This document shows, piece by piece, positions 1 through 12,568 of a DNA stretch of 64,000 nucleotides. The stretch comes from Nitrospinales bacterium. Its GTDB lineage: Bacteria; Nitrospinota; Nitrospinia; Nitrospinales; VA-1. A model generated the notes under the pieces. That model was not told the origin of the DNA. It did not search any database and saw only the letters and a list, made by a program, of their open reading frames with translations. The stretch is from positions 256,001-320,000 of the forward strand of contig CBDCWG010000007.1 in NCBI GenBank assembly GCA_965223345.1, given 5' to 3'. A program made the translations under genes and the position numbers. How positions within the stretch are numbered: position 1 is the first letter of the stretch; the number at the start of each line of letters is the position of its first letter.

Positions 1-2634
<2,634 letters not shown>

Positions 2635-2825
2635 GGAATTTAAGGAAACCGGGGAAAGGAATGGCGGATCCGAACAGATCCGCCATGTTTTTGCTACAAA
2701 TCGGCAGGATTATTATCTCCAAAAACAGGGCGGGAGCAACCCTTTTTCCTCCCGGCCCTGTTTTTCAGATCGACTGCAATCTTTTTTGCGCACCGCCATC
2801 AACGCGGTGGAAAAAAGAACCCCAT

Positions 2826-4295
2826 TCACATCTTGACCGCAACGTAAATGGTGGTGCCTCCGCGGCGCACGAGGAACAGAACGGTGCTGTTCTTTTTCAC
2901 CCGGGACATCACCTTTTTGTAGTCGGACGCGGATTTCACCGGCGTGCGGTTGATCTCGGTGATCACGTCTCCACGCTTGACACCGGCTTCGGCAGCCGCG
3001 CCGCCTGCGGTGACGTCGGAAACGAGCACGCCTTCGGTGGTGTCGAGCTGCAGGCTCTGCATCAGCTCAGGCGTGATGTCCTGCACCTGGAGTCCCAGCT
3101 TGTCCTCTTTCGCGGCCACTTTCGGGGATTCGGCGTCCTTGAGCACATCGATGTGAACATCGAACACCTTCTTGGAGCCATCGCGCACCACTTCGACTTT
3201 CACGGTCGAGCCGGGCTCGGTCGCCGCGACGATTTTGGGCAGCGATTCCATCTCCTCGACGTCCTTGCCGTCGAACTTCAGGATCACGTCTCCACGTTTC
3301 AGGCCGGCCTTCGCGGCGGGGCCATCCGGGATCACATCCCCCACCAGGGCACCCTTGGCTTCATCGAGGCCGAAGGATTTGGCGAGGTCGGGGGTGATTT
3401 TCTGGATCATGACGCCGAGCCAGCCGCGCGTGACGCTGCCTTTCTCCTTCAGATCCGAGAGGATGTCTTTCGCAACGTTGATGGGAATCGCAAAGCCGAT
3501 GCCCACGTTGCCGCCGGTGTTGCCGGAGATGATCGCGGTGTTGATGCCGATGACCTCTCCTTTGATGTTGATCAGGGGTCCGCCGGAGTTTCCCGGGTTG
3601 ATCGAGGCGTCGGTCTGGATGAATTCGTCATAGGGTCCGGCGCCGATATTGCGGCTCAGGGCGCTGACCACGCCCACGGTGACAGTGTGGCTCAGTCCAA
3701 AGGGGTTGCCGATGGCCATGACCCACTCGCCCACTTCCAGTTTCTCGGAGCTTCCGAGTTTCAGGAAGGGAAAGGTTTTCTTTTCCTCGTTGTCCTTGAT
3801 CTTGATCAGCGCGATGTCGGTTTTGGAATCGGAGCCGATGAGCTTGGCGGTGTATTCCTTATTGTCTTCCATGGTGACGATGATTTCATCCGCGCCTTCC
3901 ACCACATGGTAATTGGTGAGGATGTGACCCTGCGCGTCGATGAAAAAACCCGATCCCATACCGCGCCGGGGCCGTTGCTCCGGGCGCTGCCCGAAAAACC
4001 GGTCGTAGAAATCCTTGAACGGATCCGGAACGTTGTCGGGAGGGGTGGGGAAATTCGGCGGACGCCGGGTGGCGGATTGCGTTTTGGCTTTCGTGCTCAC
4101 GTTCACCACGGCCGGATTTTCTTTTTTGGCGATCTCCACAAAGATGTTGCTGGACATGGGGCCGTTTTCGGTGCTCAAGGCCAGCGCCCGGTCCAGCAGG
4201 GCATTCATGATTCCCGTGTTACCCGGAGAAAGTGGAAAAATAAATACAGCGAGGAGAAAAACAACGCAGGAAATCTTGGCAGTCTTAACAATCAT
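2826..4295 (-). CDS. DegP/DegQ (protease Do) family serine protease with two PDZ domains
   Basis: [37 protein letters not shown] and two PDZ domains. Confidence 0.95.
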   Translation of the reverse strand: MIVKTAKISCVVFLLAVFIFPLSPGNTGIMNALLDRALALSTENGPMSSNIFVEIAKKENPAVVNVSTKAKTQSATRRPPNFPTPPDNVPDPFKDFYDRFFGQRPEQRPRRGMGSGFFIDAQGHILTNYHVVEGADEIIVTMEDNKEYTAKLIGSDSKTDIALIKIKDNEEKKTFPFLKLGSSEKLEVGEWVMAIGNPFGLSHTVTVGVVSALSRNIGAGPYDEFIQTDASINPGNSGGPLINIKGEVIGINTAIISGNTGGNVGIGFAIPINVAKDILSDLKEKGSVTRGWLGVMIQKITPDLAKSFGLDEAKGALVGDVIPDGPAAKAGLKRGDVILKFDGKDVEEMESLPKIVAATEPGSTVKVEVVRDGSKKVFDVHIDVLKDAESPKVAAKEDKLGLQVQDITPELMQSLQLDTTEGVLVSDVTAGGAAAEAGVKRGDVITEINRTPVKSASDYKKVMSRVKKNSTVLFLVRRGGTTIYVAVKM

Positions 4296-5098
4296 GTGTC
4301 AACCTCTCAGCTTAACGGTCAAAATGAATTGGCGATTGATTAGAGGAAGGATTTCCAATTCCGCGGAATCATTGGATCTCCCATCCGGTATCGATGATCC
4401 TTCCAAATTATCAAAGGGATATTAAAGAAAAGTTAAAACCGGATTAATTTTTCTTAATTCCCTGGATCGAACAAGGGATTGAAATCGGTGTCCCCAGGGG
4501 GCCCGCCCGGGGCATTGCGGCAGGTTCCCGTTCCGTCAAAATCGCGCCCAACCTATTGAATAAATGATAGCATTTCCCGCCGGGGAAGCGCTTTCATCTG
4601 CCGCCCAGGGCTGATAAAGCCCGATTTGCAACGACTTCATGACTTTCAGGCGGAATCGCGGATTTCCACAGAATCCCCTCGCATTCAGAACTGCATACGT
4701 GCCGTGGAAAACCTGTTACCGGGTCGAACTGGCTTCGGGAGAATTGATACTAAATTTATTATAAATGGGCCTAAGTTTATTTACAACCGGATTTTAGAAG
4801 CACTTTACCGGCTCTCCGAATTAGCGGTTGACTCGGATGAAAAGATCAAAGATAATCGAAAACAACAATTTGGGCCGATTTTTCAAGGGTCCACGGGTTG
4901 CGAAACCCAAATGGCCGGTTTTTACACCCAAATTCACCGTGGCTCCCTGCAAGGACCGTGAAAACCGAAGGCTTCTCTTAAGCTTGCCGGATTTCTCATC
5001 CAATCCAAAGAGCGGATCTGAACGGCATGGGCCTGCTGTCCACGCCCCTTCCCTTTTTCACTGCCCCTGAACACACATCGCATGCGCCGATCCGAATC

Positions 5099-5299
5099 AT
5101 GAGCCTCTTTCTTGCAGCCTTCGGACTGATGATGGTATTTGAAGGCATCCCCTATTTCTGCTTCCCGTCCCGCGTCAAAGCGTTCGCGCAGAAAATTCCG
5201 GAAATTCCAAACAACACGCTCAGGGCGATCGGCCTGTTTCTCATACTGTGTGGATTGCTCGTTGCCTATTTTGGGAGGTCTCTGGCCGAAAATGGATAA
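5099..5299 (+). CDS. DUF2065-family small membrane protein
   Basis: MSLFLAAFGLMMVFEGIPYFCFP...LRAIGL matches the EG..P...P / LRxxG pattern of DUF2065; ATG at 5099. Confidence 0.8.
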   Translation: MSLFLAAFGLMMVFEGIPYFCFPSRVKAFAQKIPEIPNNTLRAIGLFLILCGLLVAYFGRSLAENG

Positions 5300-5729
5300 A
5301 CGAAATGTTTCCCCGGGATTTCTTTTGATGGTATTCTTCTGCCTGTCCACGCTCACAGGGTGCAGCTCCACCCCGCCGCCGACGGAATATTCCGAGGGAC
5401 AAGGCGAGGGTTTTTCGGAATACGCCTACCCTTTCACCGATGTGCCGGTGCCGTACGGATTCGACGCGGACCACGACAAATCCTTCGTTTACGAATCGGG
5501 AACCGGGACGTTCAAGGTGGGACGCCTGTATTACTCGGGCTGGAACAAACCCCGGGAGGTGGTGGACTATTATCAGAACGCGATGATCAACAAGGGCTGG
5601 GAGCTGATCAACACGCTGGTGCACGAAGGCACGATCATGAATTACCAGAAGGAAGGCTGGGCGTGCACCCTGATCGTGACCGAGGCGCTGCTCAAAACCA
5701 ACGTGGAAATCCAGATCGGCCCCAAGTGA
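5292..5729 (+). CDS. Hypothetical lipoprotein
   Basis: Lipobox LTGC after a hydrophobic stretch; FTDVPVP motif; overlaps the upstream stop codon. Confidence 0.75.
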   Translation: MDKRNVSPGFLLMVFFCLSTLTGCSSTPPPTEYSEGQGEGFSEYAYPFTDVPVPYGFDADHDKSFVYESGTGTFKVGRLYYSGWNKPREVVDYYQNAMINKGWELINTLVHEGTIMNYQKEGWACTLIVTEALLKTNVEIQIGPK

Positions 5730-5785
5730 TCCGCCCCGCCGCGGACCTAAAGCCCCATCCACCCGGCTCATTCCAGGATTCGAAC

Positions 5786-6532
5786 ATGTCTTTTGCGTCC
5801 TCCCGGCAGCGGGTGCTGGATTTTCCTTCCCGTCCGGAGTTCAGATTCTCCAATTTCGTCGTGTCTGAAGGTTCCCGGTTCGCGTTCGAGACTGCCCGCG
5901 AAATCTGCGCCGAACGACCCGCCGCGTTCCACACGCTGTATCTGTACGGCCCCGCCAACCTCGGCAAAACCCATCTACTGATGGCGATCGGCAACGCCGT
6001 CGCCGACCGCAAGAATGCAAACAGAGCGCTGTACCTCAACGCCGGCGATTTCGTGCGCAACGTGGAGAGCGCCGGCCCCGAGGCGGTCAACGATCTGGTG
6101 CTCCGGCTGATCGATGCGGATTTTTTTCTGCTGGACGACGTGCAGGCGGTTTCCGGGCACACGGCTGCGCAGGAAAAGCTCTATCATATTTTCAACGCCC
6201 GGCTGGAAGACAAAAAAAAGTCGGTGTTCACCGGTCTCACCCCGCCGGACCGATTGCAGGACACCGAGTCCTATCTCACGTCGCGCCTGCAATGGGGGAT
6301 GACGGCGGAGATCCGCCCCATCGACGATCATACCACCGCCCAGATCATCCACAAACTGGGGCAGGACGTGGGGCTCACCATCCCGCAGAACATCGTCGAG
6401 TACCTCCTCACCCGCACTCCGCGGGATTTTTCATCCATCCGCAGCACGGTGAGCAAGATCAATCAGGAATCCCTCGTGCAAAAGAGAAAAGTGTCCCTTC
6501 CTCTGGCGAAGGCGGCTTTGAACCTTCCCTGA
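5786..6532 (+). CDS. hda: DnaA/Hda-family AAA+ protein (probable DnaA regulatory inactivator Hda)
   Basis: About 248 aa; FSNFVV, Walker A GPANLGKTHLL, Walker B LLDDVQ, LTSRLQWG; N-terminal QRVLDF resembles a beta-clamp-binding motif; no DnaA domain I or IV. Confidence 0.8.
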   Translation: MSFASSRQRVLDFPSRPEFRFSNFVVSEGSRFAFETAREICAERPAAFHTLYLYGPANLGKTHLLMAIGNAVADRKNANRALYLNAGDFVRNVESAGPEAVNDLVLRLIDADFFLLDDVQAVSGHTAAQEKLYHIFNARLEDKKKSVFTGLTPPDRLQDTESYLTSRLQWGMTAEIRPIDDHTTAQIIHKLGQDVGLTIPQNIVEYLLTRTPRDFSSIRSTVSKINQESLVQKRKVSLPLAKAALNLP

Positions 6533-6543
6533 GGCCGGACCCG

Positions 6544-8175
6544 ATGCAGGTGGATTCCGGCAACATCGCCGATCTTTTACAGCGCGCCGCACGCGACGCT
6601 GCGGACGCCGACGCGATCCGCGTGCCGCACACCGGTACGCGCATCCGCTTCGGCGAGCTCGACACCCAAAGCACACGGCTGGCGAGCGGGCTGAACCGTC
6701 TGGGGATCGCCGCCGGGATGCGGGTCGTGGTGCTGGTTCCCTTCAGCGCCGATTTCATCCGCCTCGCCTTCGCCCTGTTCAAGGCGGGCGCGGTGCCGGT
6801 TCTCATCGATCCCGGACTGGGACGCAAGAACACGCTGCTGTGCATTCAGCAGGCCGAACCGGAGGCGATGATCGGCATTTCTCTGGCGCATGGGGTGCGG
6901 AAACTGTTTCCCGGACCGTTTCGTACGGTGAAGATCGCGGTGACGGCGGGAAGGCGCTGGTTCTGGGGCGGGGCCACGCTCAGGCAGGCGGAGCGAGCGG
7001 GCTCGGCGAATTTTCAAACCGCGGCCAGCAGCCCTAACGATCCCGCCGCCATCCTGTTCACCAGCGGCAGCACGGGACCTTCCAAGGGCGTCCGCTACAC
7101 GCACGGCATGTTCCTCAGGCAGGTCGCCGCTTTGCAATCGCTGTACGGCATCGAAGCGGGCGAGACCGATCTCGCGACCTTCCCGCTGTTTTCCCTGTTC
7201 AGCATCGGCATGGGCATGACGACGGTGCTGCCGAAGATGGATTTCACGCGGCCCGCGGACGTCGATCCGGAAATGCTGCTCGGTATCATCAAAACCTCTG
7301 CGGTGAGTAACTGCTTCGGCTCCCCGGCGCTCTGGCAGACCGTGAGCCGTTACGGTACGGACCGATCTGTGTCCCTGCCTTCTCTGCGCCGGGTTCTGAT
7401 CGCGGGCGCGCCGGTGCCCGGTTCGCTGATCGAACGCGTGCGCTCGCTGCTCCCCGACGCCAGCCGGGTGTGCACGCCCTACGGCGCGACGGAAGCGCTG
7501 CCGGTGGCCTCGATCGAAGCCGATGAAATCCTGAACGAAACCTGGCCCCGCTCGCAGCAGGGGGAAGGCATCTGCGTGGGCCGCCCGGTGGCGGGGCTCG
7601 ATCTGAAGATCATCCGCATCACGGATGCGCCCATCGAAAAATGGCAGGACGATCTTCAAGTCGCCCAGGGAGAAATCGGCGAAATCGCGGTGCGCGGGGA
7701 CTGGGTGACGCGGAACTATTGCAACCGCCCCGATGCGGACAGGCTCGCGAAAATCCCCGACGGGAATCGTTTCTGGCACCGCATGGGCGATGTGGGCTGG
7801 CTGGATGAAACCGGGCGGCTGTGGTTTTGCGGCCGCAAAAACCAGCGCGTCGTGACGCAAGAGGACACGCTGTTCACGATCCCCTGCGAAGCGGTGTTCA
7901 ACCGCCATCCCAAAGTGCGGCGCACAGCCTTGGTGGGCACCGGTGATCGAGGCTGTCAGCGGCCGGTGCTGATCGTCGAGCTGGAAAAAGATACGGGCAC
8001 CACCGAGCCCGTCCTGATCGAAGAGCTGCGCGCGCTGGGACAGGCGCACGCGCACACGCAAACGATCGACCGCTTCCTGTTTCATCCCGGATTTCCGGTG
8101 GACATCCGCCACAACGCCAAGATCTTCCGCGAGAAGCTGTCCCTCTGGGCGGAAGAACAACTGAAAGATACCTGA
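6544..8175 (+). CDS. AMP-binding enzyme, OleC-like (beta-lactone synthetase / fatty acid CoA ligase family)
   Basis: FTSGSTGPSKG, PYGATEALP, WHRMGD, and the C-terminal FPVDIRHNAKI motif characteristic of OleC-type proteins. Confidence 0.85.
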   Translation: MQVDSGNIADLLQRAARDAADADAIRVPHTGTRIRFGELDTQSTRLASGLNRLGIAAGMRVVVLVPFSADFIRLAFALFKAGAVPVLIDPGLGRKNTLLCIQQAEPEAMIGISLAHGVRKLFPGPFRTVKIAVTAGRRWFWGGATLRQAERAGSANFQTAASSPNDPAAILFTSGSTGPSKGVRYTHGMFLRQVAALQSLYGIEAGETDLATFPLFSLFSIGMGMTTVLPKMDFTRPADVDPEMLLGIIKTSAVSNCFGSPALWQTVSRYGTDRSVSLPSLRRVLIAGAPVPGSLIERVRSLLPDASRVCTPYGATEALPVASIEADEILNETWPRSQQGEGICVGRPVAGLDLKIIRITDAPIEKWQDDLQVAQGEIGEIAVRGDWVTRNYCNRPDADRLAKIPDGNRFWHRMGDVGWLDETGRLWFCGRKNQRVVTQEDTLFTIPCEAVFNRHPKVRRTALVGTGDRGCQRPVLIVELEKDTGTTEPVLIEELRALGQAHAHTQTIDRFLFHPGFPVDIRHNAKIFREKLSLWAEEQLKDT

Positions 8176-9650
8176 TGCCGACGCTGCTCGACAGACTGAA
8201 GACCGACCGTTTCCTGCAGGCGCTCGCCCTGGTTTTTCTCGCGGGGCTGGCGCTGCGCCTGTGGGGGGTGACGCAGCCGCTGCTGGATTTTCACAGCTGG
8301 CGGCAGACACTCACAGCCACGGTGGCGAAGAATTTCTTCACCGGAGACATGAACCTGTTCCAGCCCGCCACGAACTGGGCGGTGGAGTATTACGAGTTCG
8401 AGTTTCCCATCTACTCCTACCTGGTGGCGATTTTGTACAAGCTGTTCGGCTTTCACGACAGCCTGGGGCGGGTGGTGTCCATCGCGTTCGGTCTCGGCTC
8501 GATGGGGTTTTTGTATCTTCTGACGAAGCGGTTTTTCGACCGCAGCGCCGCCCTGTTCGCCGCGGGCCTGTTCGCGGTGCTGCCGATGGCGGTGTTCTAC
8601 ACGCGCACCTTCATGCCGGAATCGGCGATGCTGTTCTTCTCGATCGCCGGGTTGTATTTTTTCAGCCGCTGGCTGGATGCGGGCAAATGGAACGATTTTT
8701 TCCTGGCGGCGTGCGCGATCTCCCTGGCGTTTCTCATCAAGCTGCCGACCCTGTTTCTGGGCGGCCCGATTTTGTTTCTCGCCTGGCTCAAGCTCAAAGG
8801 GAGAATGGTGCTTTTGCCGCAGTTTTACCTGTTCCTTGTGATCCTGTTTCTTCCCGCCGCGCTGTGGTACGGGCACATGGGGGCGCTGCACGCGCAGGCG
8901 CACGGCGGCGAGAGCATCTGGCTGGGCAACGACAAACTCGCCAACAGTTCCGTGCTCACCGATTACAAGTTTTACAAGCTGATCTTCTGGACGCGGCTCG
9001 GGGAAAAGATGTTCGCTTTCACAGGATTCTTCTTCGTGATCCTGGGCCTGACCACCCGTATGGAGCGGCGTGAACAATACCTGTTCCACATCTGGTTCGC
9101 TTCGGTCTGCGTCTATTTTCTCATCGCCGCCGTGGGGAATAAAATCCACGAATACTACCAGCTTCCCATCCTGCCGGCGGGCTGCGCGCTGGCGGGAAAA
9201 TTCCTGGCGGACTTTTTCGCCGCACGCCAGCCCAAACTCAACTGGAAGACCGACTGGAAGCTTGGGCTGGTGACGCTGATGCTCGTGTTCATCCCCCTCC
9301 ACTCGGTGTACAAGCTGGAAAAACGCCTGCGCTTCAACACGGACTACATCGTGATCGGCGAGAAGATCAAAGCGCACACCGGCGAAGACGAATGGATTCT
9401 CCTGCAGGACATCAATCCCAACCGGCCGCACACGTTTTACTACAGCGACCGCAAGGGCTGGACGCTCGGCATGCTGCCGCCGTTGAGCGCCGCCGAGGTG
9501 GATGACTACGCGCGCCGCGGCGCGGTCTACTTCGGCTGGGTGCGCTACGATTTCGCCAAGACCAACCCCGCCCTGCTCGATCATCTGCGGCAGAATCACG
9601 AAACGGTGATTGCCGACCCGCTGGTGACGCTGTTCAAACTCGAGAACTGA
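8175..9650 (+). CDS. ArnT/PMT-like (GT-C fold, family 39/83) membrane glycosyltransferase
   Basis: Many TM segments; WRQTLTA...EFPIY and RTFMPES motifs; translationally coupled to the upstream gene. Confidence 0.8.
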   Translation: MPTLLDRLKTDRFLQALALVFLAGLALRLWGVTQPLLDFHSWRQTLTATVAKNFFTGDMNLFQPATNWAVEYYEFEFPIYSYLVAILYKLFGFHDSLGRVVSIAFGLGSMGFLYLLTKRFFDRSAALFAAGLFAVLPMAVFYTRTFMPESAMLFFSIAGLYFFSRWLDAGKWNDFFLAACAISLAFLIKLPTLFLGGPILFLAWLKLKGRMVLLPQFYLFLVILFLPAALWYGHMGALHAQAHGGESIWLGNDKLANSSVLTDYKFYKLIFWTRLGEKMFAFTGFFFVILGLTTRMERREQYLFHIWFASVCVYFLIAAVGNKIHEYYQLPILPAGCALAGKFLADFFAARQPKLNWKTDWKLGLVTLMLVFIPLHSVYKLEKRLRFNTDYIVIGEKIKAHTGEDEWILLQDINPNRPHTFYYSDRKGWTLGMLPPLSAAEVDDYARRGAVYFGWVRYDFAKTNPALLDHLRQNHETVIADPLVTLFKLEN

Positions 9651-9725
9651 GCAGGATTTTCCTGTTGATCCATGCGATTGTGGGATGAGAACCGGATGGG
9701 GTGAAAACAGGATCGGATTGCGCCG

Positions 9726-10760
9726 CTATTTGACTTCCTCAAGATGGGTGAGCACCCGATCGAGCAGTTCCTTGGAGAAGAGTTTTCCGGTGAGCTTTTT
9801 GCGCGCGAGGGCGCCTGCCTCATGAAAGGCGTCGTTTTCAGCCTGTGTCGGCGGATCGGTCTGGATCACGCCGTTTTTCTTCATGACCTCGATGGAACTC
9901 TCGTTGTCCTTCTGGATGATCTTCACCAGCTCCATCAGGTATTTTTTGCTGAGATCCTTGAGCACGGACTTGCAGTCCGTCGGCAACGCGTCGAATTTTT
10001 TCTTGGTGATCAGCACGCCGCCGGTCGCATAGCCCATGCGCACCCGCGACATGTACTTGACCTTGGTGAACCACTGCAGGGCCAGCGCCCCCTGCGGCGA
10101 GGCGTACACCGTGTCGATCAGATCGGTCTGCAGGGAGATCAGCACGTCGGTGATGGACAGCGGGAACGGCTTCACATCGAGCGCGTCGTAGGTGGCCTGC
10201 ACGAGCGGATCGCCCTCCCACATCCAGGGCTTGGTCTTTTTGATGTCATCCAGGGTTTTGATCTTCTGGTTGGAAAAAAAATGCACCCAGCCGACGGGCA
10301 CCCAGCCCAACAGCACGTAGCCCTTCTTCTCATATTGAGCGGCGAAATAATCGTTCATCTTCATGTAGACATGGCCGATCTGCTCGTCGGTGTCGAACAG
10401 AAACGGCAGATCGAGAACCCGCACTTCCGGCAGGATCTCGCCCATGCCGACGCCGGTGAACCCCGCGGCGTGGATCTGGCCGATGCGCATCTTGCGGATC
10501 ACGTCTTTCTCGTCGCCGGAAACGCCACCGGAGTAAAACTTGAATTTCACCCGCCCCTCGGTTTTCTCCTCCACCTCGTCGGACAGGCGGTGCATGACCT
10601 TCATCCAGGCGGAGCCCTCCGGGGCCAGGGTGGCGAATTTGATGCGCTGCTTCTTGGCGGCGAACGTCTCTGCCGGAAAGCACGCCAGTGCGAGCAGGAG
10701 CAGAGCGAGCGTCCAGGTATGACGGGTAAAACGGATGTGGATTGGGGTTTGCGCGTTCAC
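9726..10760 (-). CDS. TRAP transporter substrate-binding protein DctP (TatP type)
   Basis: Signal peptide; KFATLAPEGSAW, GGVSGDEKDVIRKMRIGQI, LDLPFLF. Confidence 0.9.
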   Translation of the reverse strand: MNAQTPIHIRFTRHTWTLALLLLALACFPAETFAAKKQRIKFATLAPEGSAWMKVMHRLSDEVEEKTEGRVKFKFYSGGVSGDEKDVIRKMRIGQIHAAGFTGVGMGEILPEVRVLDLPFLFDTDEQIGHVYMKMNDYFAAQYEKKGYVLLGWVPVGWVHFFSNQKIKTLDDIKKTKPWMWEGDPLVQATYDALDVKPFPLSITDVLISLQTDLIDTVYASPQGALALQWFTKVKYMSRVRMGYATGGVLITKKKFDALPTDCKSVLKDLSKKYLMELVKIIQKDNESSIEVMKKNGVIQTDPPTQAENDAFHEAGALARKKLTGKLFSKELLDRVLTHLEEVK

Positions 10761-10810
10761 TGTGTGTTCACTCTAGAATAGGTTGACGCATTGCGTCGAT
10801 CGACATGCAG

Positions 10811-11674
10811 TCAGAACAGATCCTCGGCCTGTTTCGCCAGCCGGTCGGATTTCACTTTCGCCACTTCGTTGGCGAGACGCCGCTCGGGCAGCACGTCGGC
10901 CGGCGTTTCGTACACGCGGCTCAACAGGTTTTCGAACAGTTTCACGTTCTGGTTCTGCACGGCGTAGGTTTTGGCGTACAGGTAATGCGCCATCAGGTAC
11001 TTGTTGTCGGTCAGGGCGAGGTTGCGTTCGAAATGGAACTTCGCCTTTTCCGGGTCGCCGCCCAGCAGTTTGCTGCGGCTGCCGTAAAACACGCCGAGAA
11101 ACAGATGCGGCCCGGCGGAATAATAGGTCTCGTCCAGCTTGAGGGCGGTCTTCATCAGCGCTTCGATCTTGGACACATCCGCGAACGCCTCGGGCCGGTC
11201 GAGGCTCAGCATCAGCCATCCCCCCCAGCATTGTCCCAGCCAGAACAGGGAAGGCACCTGGTCTTTTTCCACACCGGCGAGCGCCGTCTTGAGCGTGTCC
11301 ATGCCCTGCTCTTCCAGTTTTTCGATGCCCGCCTCGGCCGCGAGCGCGCGCGAGGCGTATTGACGGCCCCTCAGATACATCGCCTGGGCGCGGTCCGGTT
11401 CGGTTTCCTCGAGAAAACTGAACGCGTAGCCGCAGAATCCCTCGGCCAGACGGTTGAGCAGCAGCGGATTGTCGCCGTCCTGCCGCAGCAGCCCTTCCAG
11501 CATTTTCAGGCTCGCCGGCATGGCCTCTTTGGCCAGATGCGGGTCCTTTTCCTCCTGAATCGAGGCGTATTGCCCCTCGATGAGCGGCAGCGCCGCACGC
11601 AGCGCCAGCCGTTCGGTGGAGCAGCCCTGCGCGACGATAAGTGCTAGAAAAATCAAACCAAAGTAACTTTTCAT
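10811..11674 (-). CDS. TRAP transporter TatT-component lipoprotein (TPR-like)
   Basis: Lipobox AQGC; D.HLAKEAMPASLKMLEGL, GGDPEKAKFHF, LANEVAK; adjacent to dctP. Confidence 0.85.
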   Translation of the reverse strand: MKSYFGLIFLALIVAQGCSTERLALRAALPLIEGQYASIQEEKDPHLAKEAMPASLKMLEGLLRQDGDNPLLLNRLAEGFCGYAFSFLEETEPDRAQAMYLRGRQYASRALAAEAGIEKLEEQGMDTLKTALAGVEKDQVPSLFWLGQCWGGWLMLSLDRPEAFADVSKIEALMKTALKLDETYYSAGPHLFLGVFYGSRSKLLGGDPEKAKFHFERNLALTDNKYLMAHYLYAKTYAVQNQNVKLFENLLSRVYETPADVLPERRLANEVAKVKSDRLAKQAEDLF

Positions 11675-11839
11675 AGGTCGTTCATGTTACCAAAACCTTT
11701 CACCCCCAACAACCGTTACGGGCGGTTTGACATAAAATACCCCTTTTGCTACCATTCGCGGTGTGTCAATCGGTAACGGTGGACGGTTCGGATACACCCG
11801 CAGTCGAGCGGGTGCGCCGCACTTTCAGGAGACCGCTGA

Positions 11840-12073
11840 TTGAGCCCTGATAAAGAACCTGAAGAAACCCAGATCCGGCGCATGAAACGCATTCTTTTCA
11901 GCGTCGGCGGCCTGTTCGTGCTGGCCGGTGTCATCCGCCAGTGGCCGGTTTTCGGTAAGACCTACCGGGAATTCATCGAAGGCGACGGCTATCTTGCGCT
12001 GATGCTGGGTTTGATCCTGGTCTTGTTCGGGTTTTCGGTCCGGCTGTTGACGGGCCGGGAAGAAGAATCTTAA
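11840..12073 (+). CDS. Small hypothetical membrane protein (2 TM)
   Basis: SD (aggag) before a TTG start; two hydrophobic segments; host-like codon usage. Confidence 0.6.
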   Translation: MSPDKEPEETQIRRMKRILFSVGGLFVLAGVIRQWPVFGKTYREFIEGDGYLALMLGLILVLFGFSVRLLTGREEES

Positions 12074-12119
12074 AACCGGACACGGGGCGCGGCCCCCTTT
12101 TCCCTCAAGGTGAGATCAA

Positions 12120-12518
12120 ATGGGTGAGGACATGGATACGGAAGGGGAAGGATTCGTCATCAAAGACAAGCGTTCCTCGCAGATTTCCGAGGACGAAGCG
12201 GCGTCGCAGAAGGAACCCGAGCGGCCGAAAGAGCCCGAAGCAGAGCCCGCCGCTGCCGCAGAGGGGCAGAATTTCCAGATCGATTTTTCCACCTTCGTGC
12301 TTTCCCTCACCTCATCGGCGTTTTACCACCTGGGCGACATGCCCGACCCCACCACCGGCAAGACGGAGACCAACCTCCCCGCGGTGCAGCAGACCATCGA
12401 CATGCTGATGATGCTCAAGGAAAAAACCCAGGGCAACCTCACGGCGGACGAAGGCAAGCTGCTCGACCAGCTCATTTATGAATTGCAGATGAAATACATC
12501 GAAAAAACCAAAAAGTAA
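12120..12518 (+). CDS. DUF1844-family protein
   Basis: FSTFVLSL...A..HLG.MPDP...IDML.ML.EKT.GNLT..E..LL...IYELQMKY pattern. Confidence 0.85.
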   Translation: MGEDMDTEGEGFVIKDKRSSQISEDEAASQKEPERPKEPEAEPAAAAEGQNFQIDFSTFVLSLTSSAFYHLGDMPDPTTGKTETNLPAVQQTIDMLMMLKEKTQGNLTADEGKLLDQLIYELQMKYIEKTKK

Positions 12519-12568
12519 TCCCCCCGCCCTTTCCAGGCCTTTCCTTTACAGACTCCCTCTTTTTTGGA

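Noticed and set aside
4870..5075. 6S RNA, tmRNA, RNase P RNA or riboswitch call
   Set aside because: There are no diagnostic conserved ends or motifs and it lacks the usual 6S gene context. Kept only as a low-interest finding.
5786..6532. dnaA and a nearby replication origin
   Set aside because: The protein is too short, lacks the DNA-binding domain IV, and I noticed no DnaA-box cluster or dnaN.
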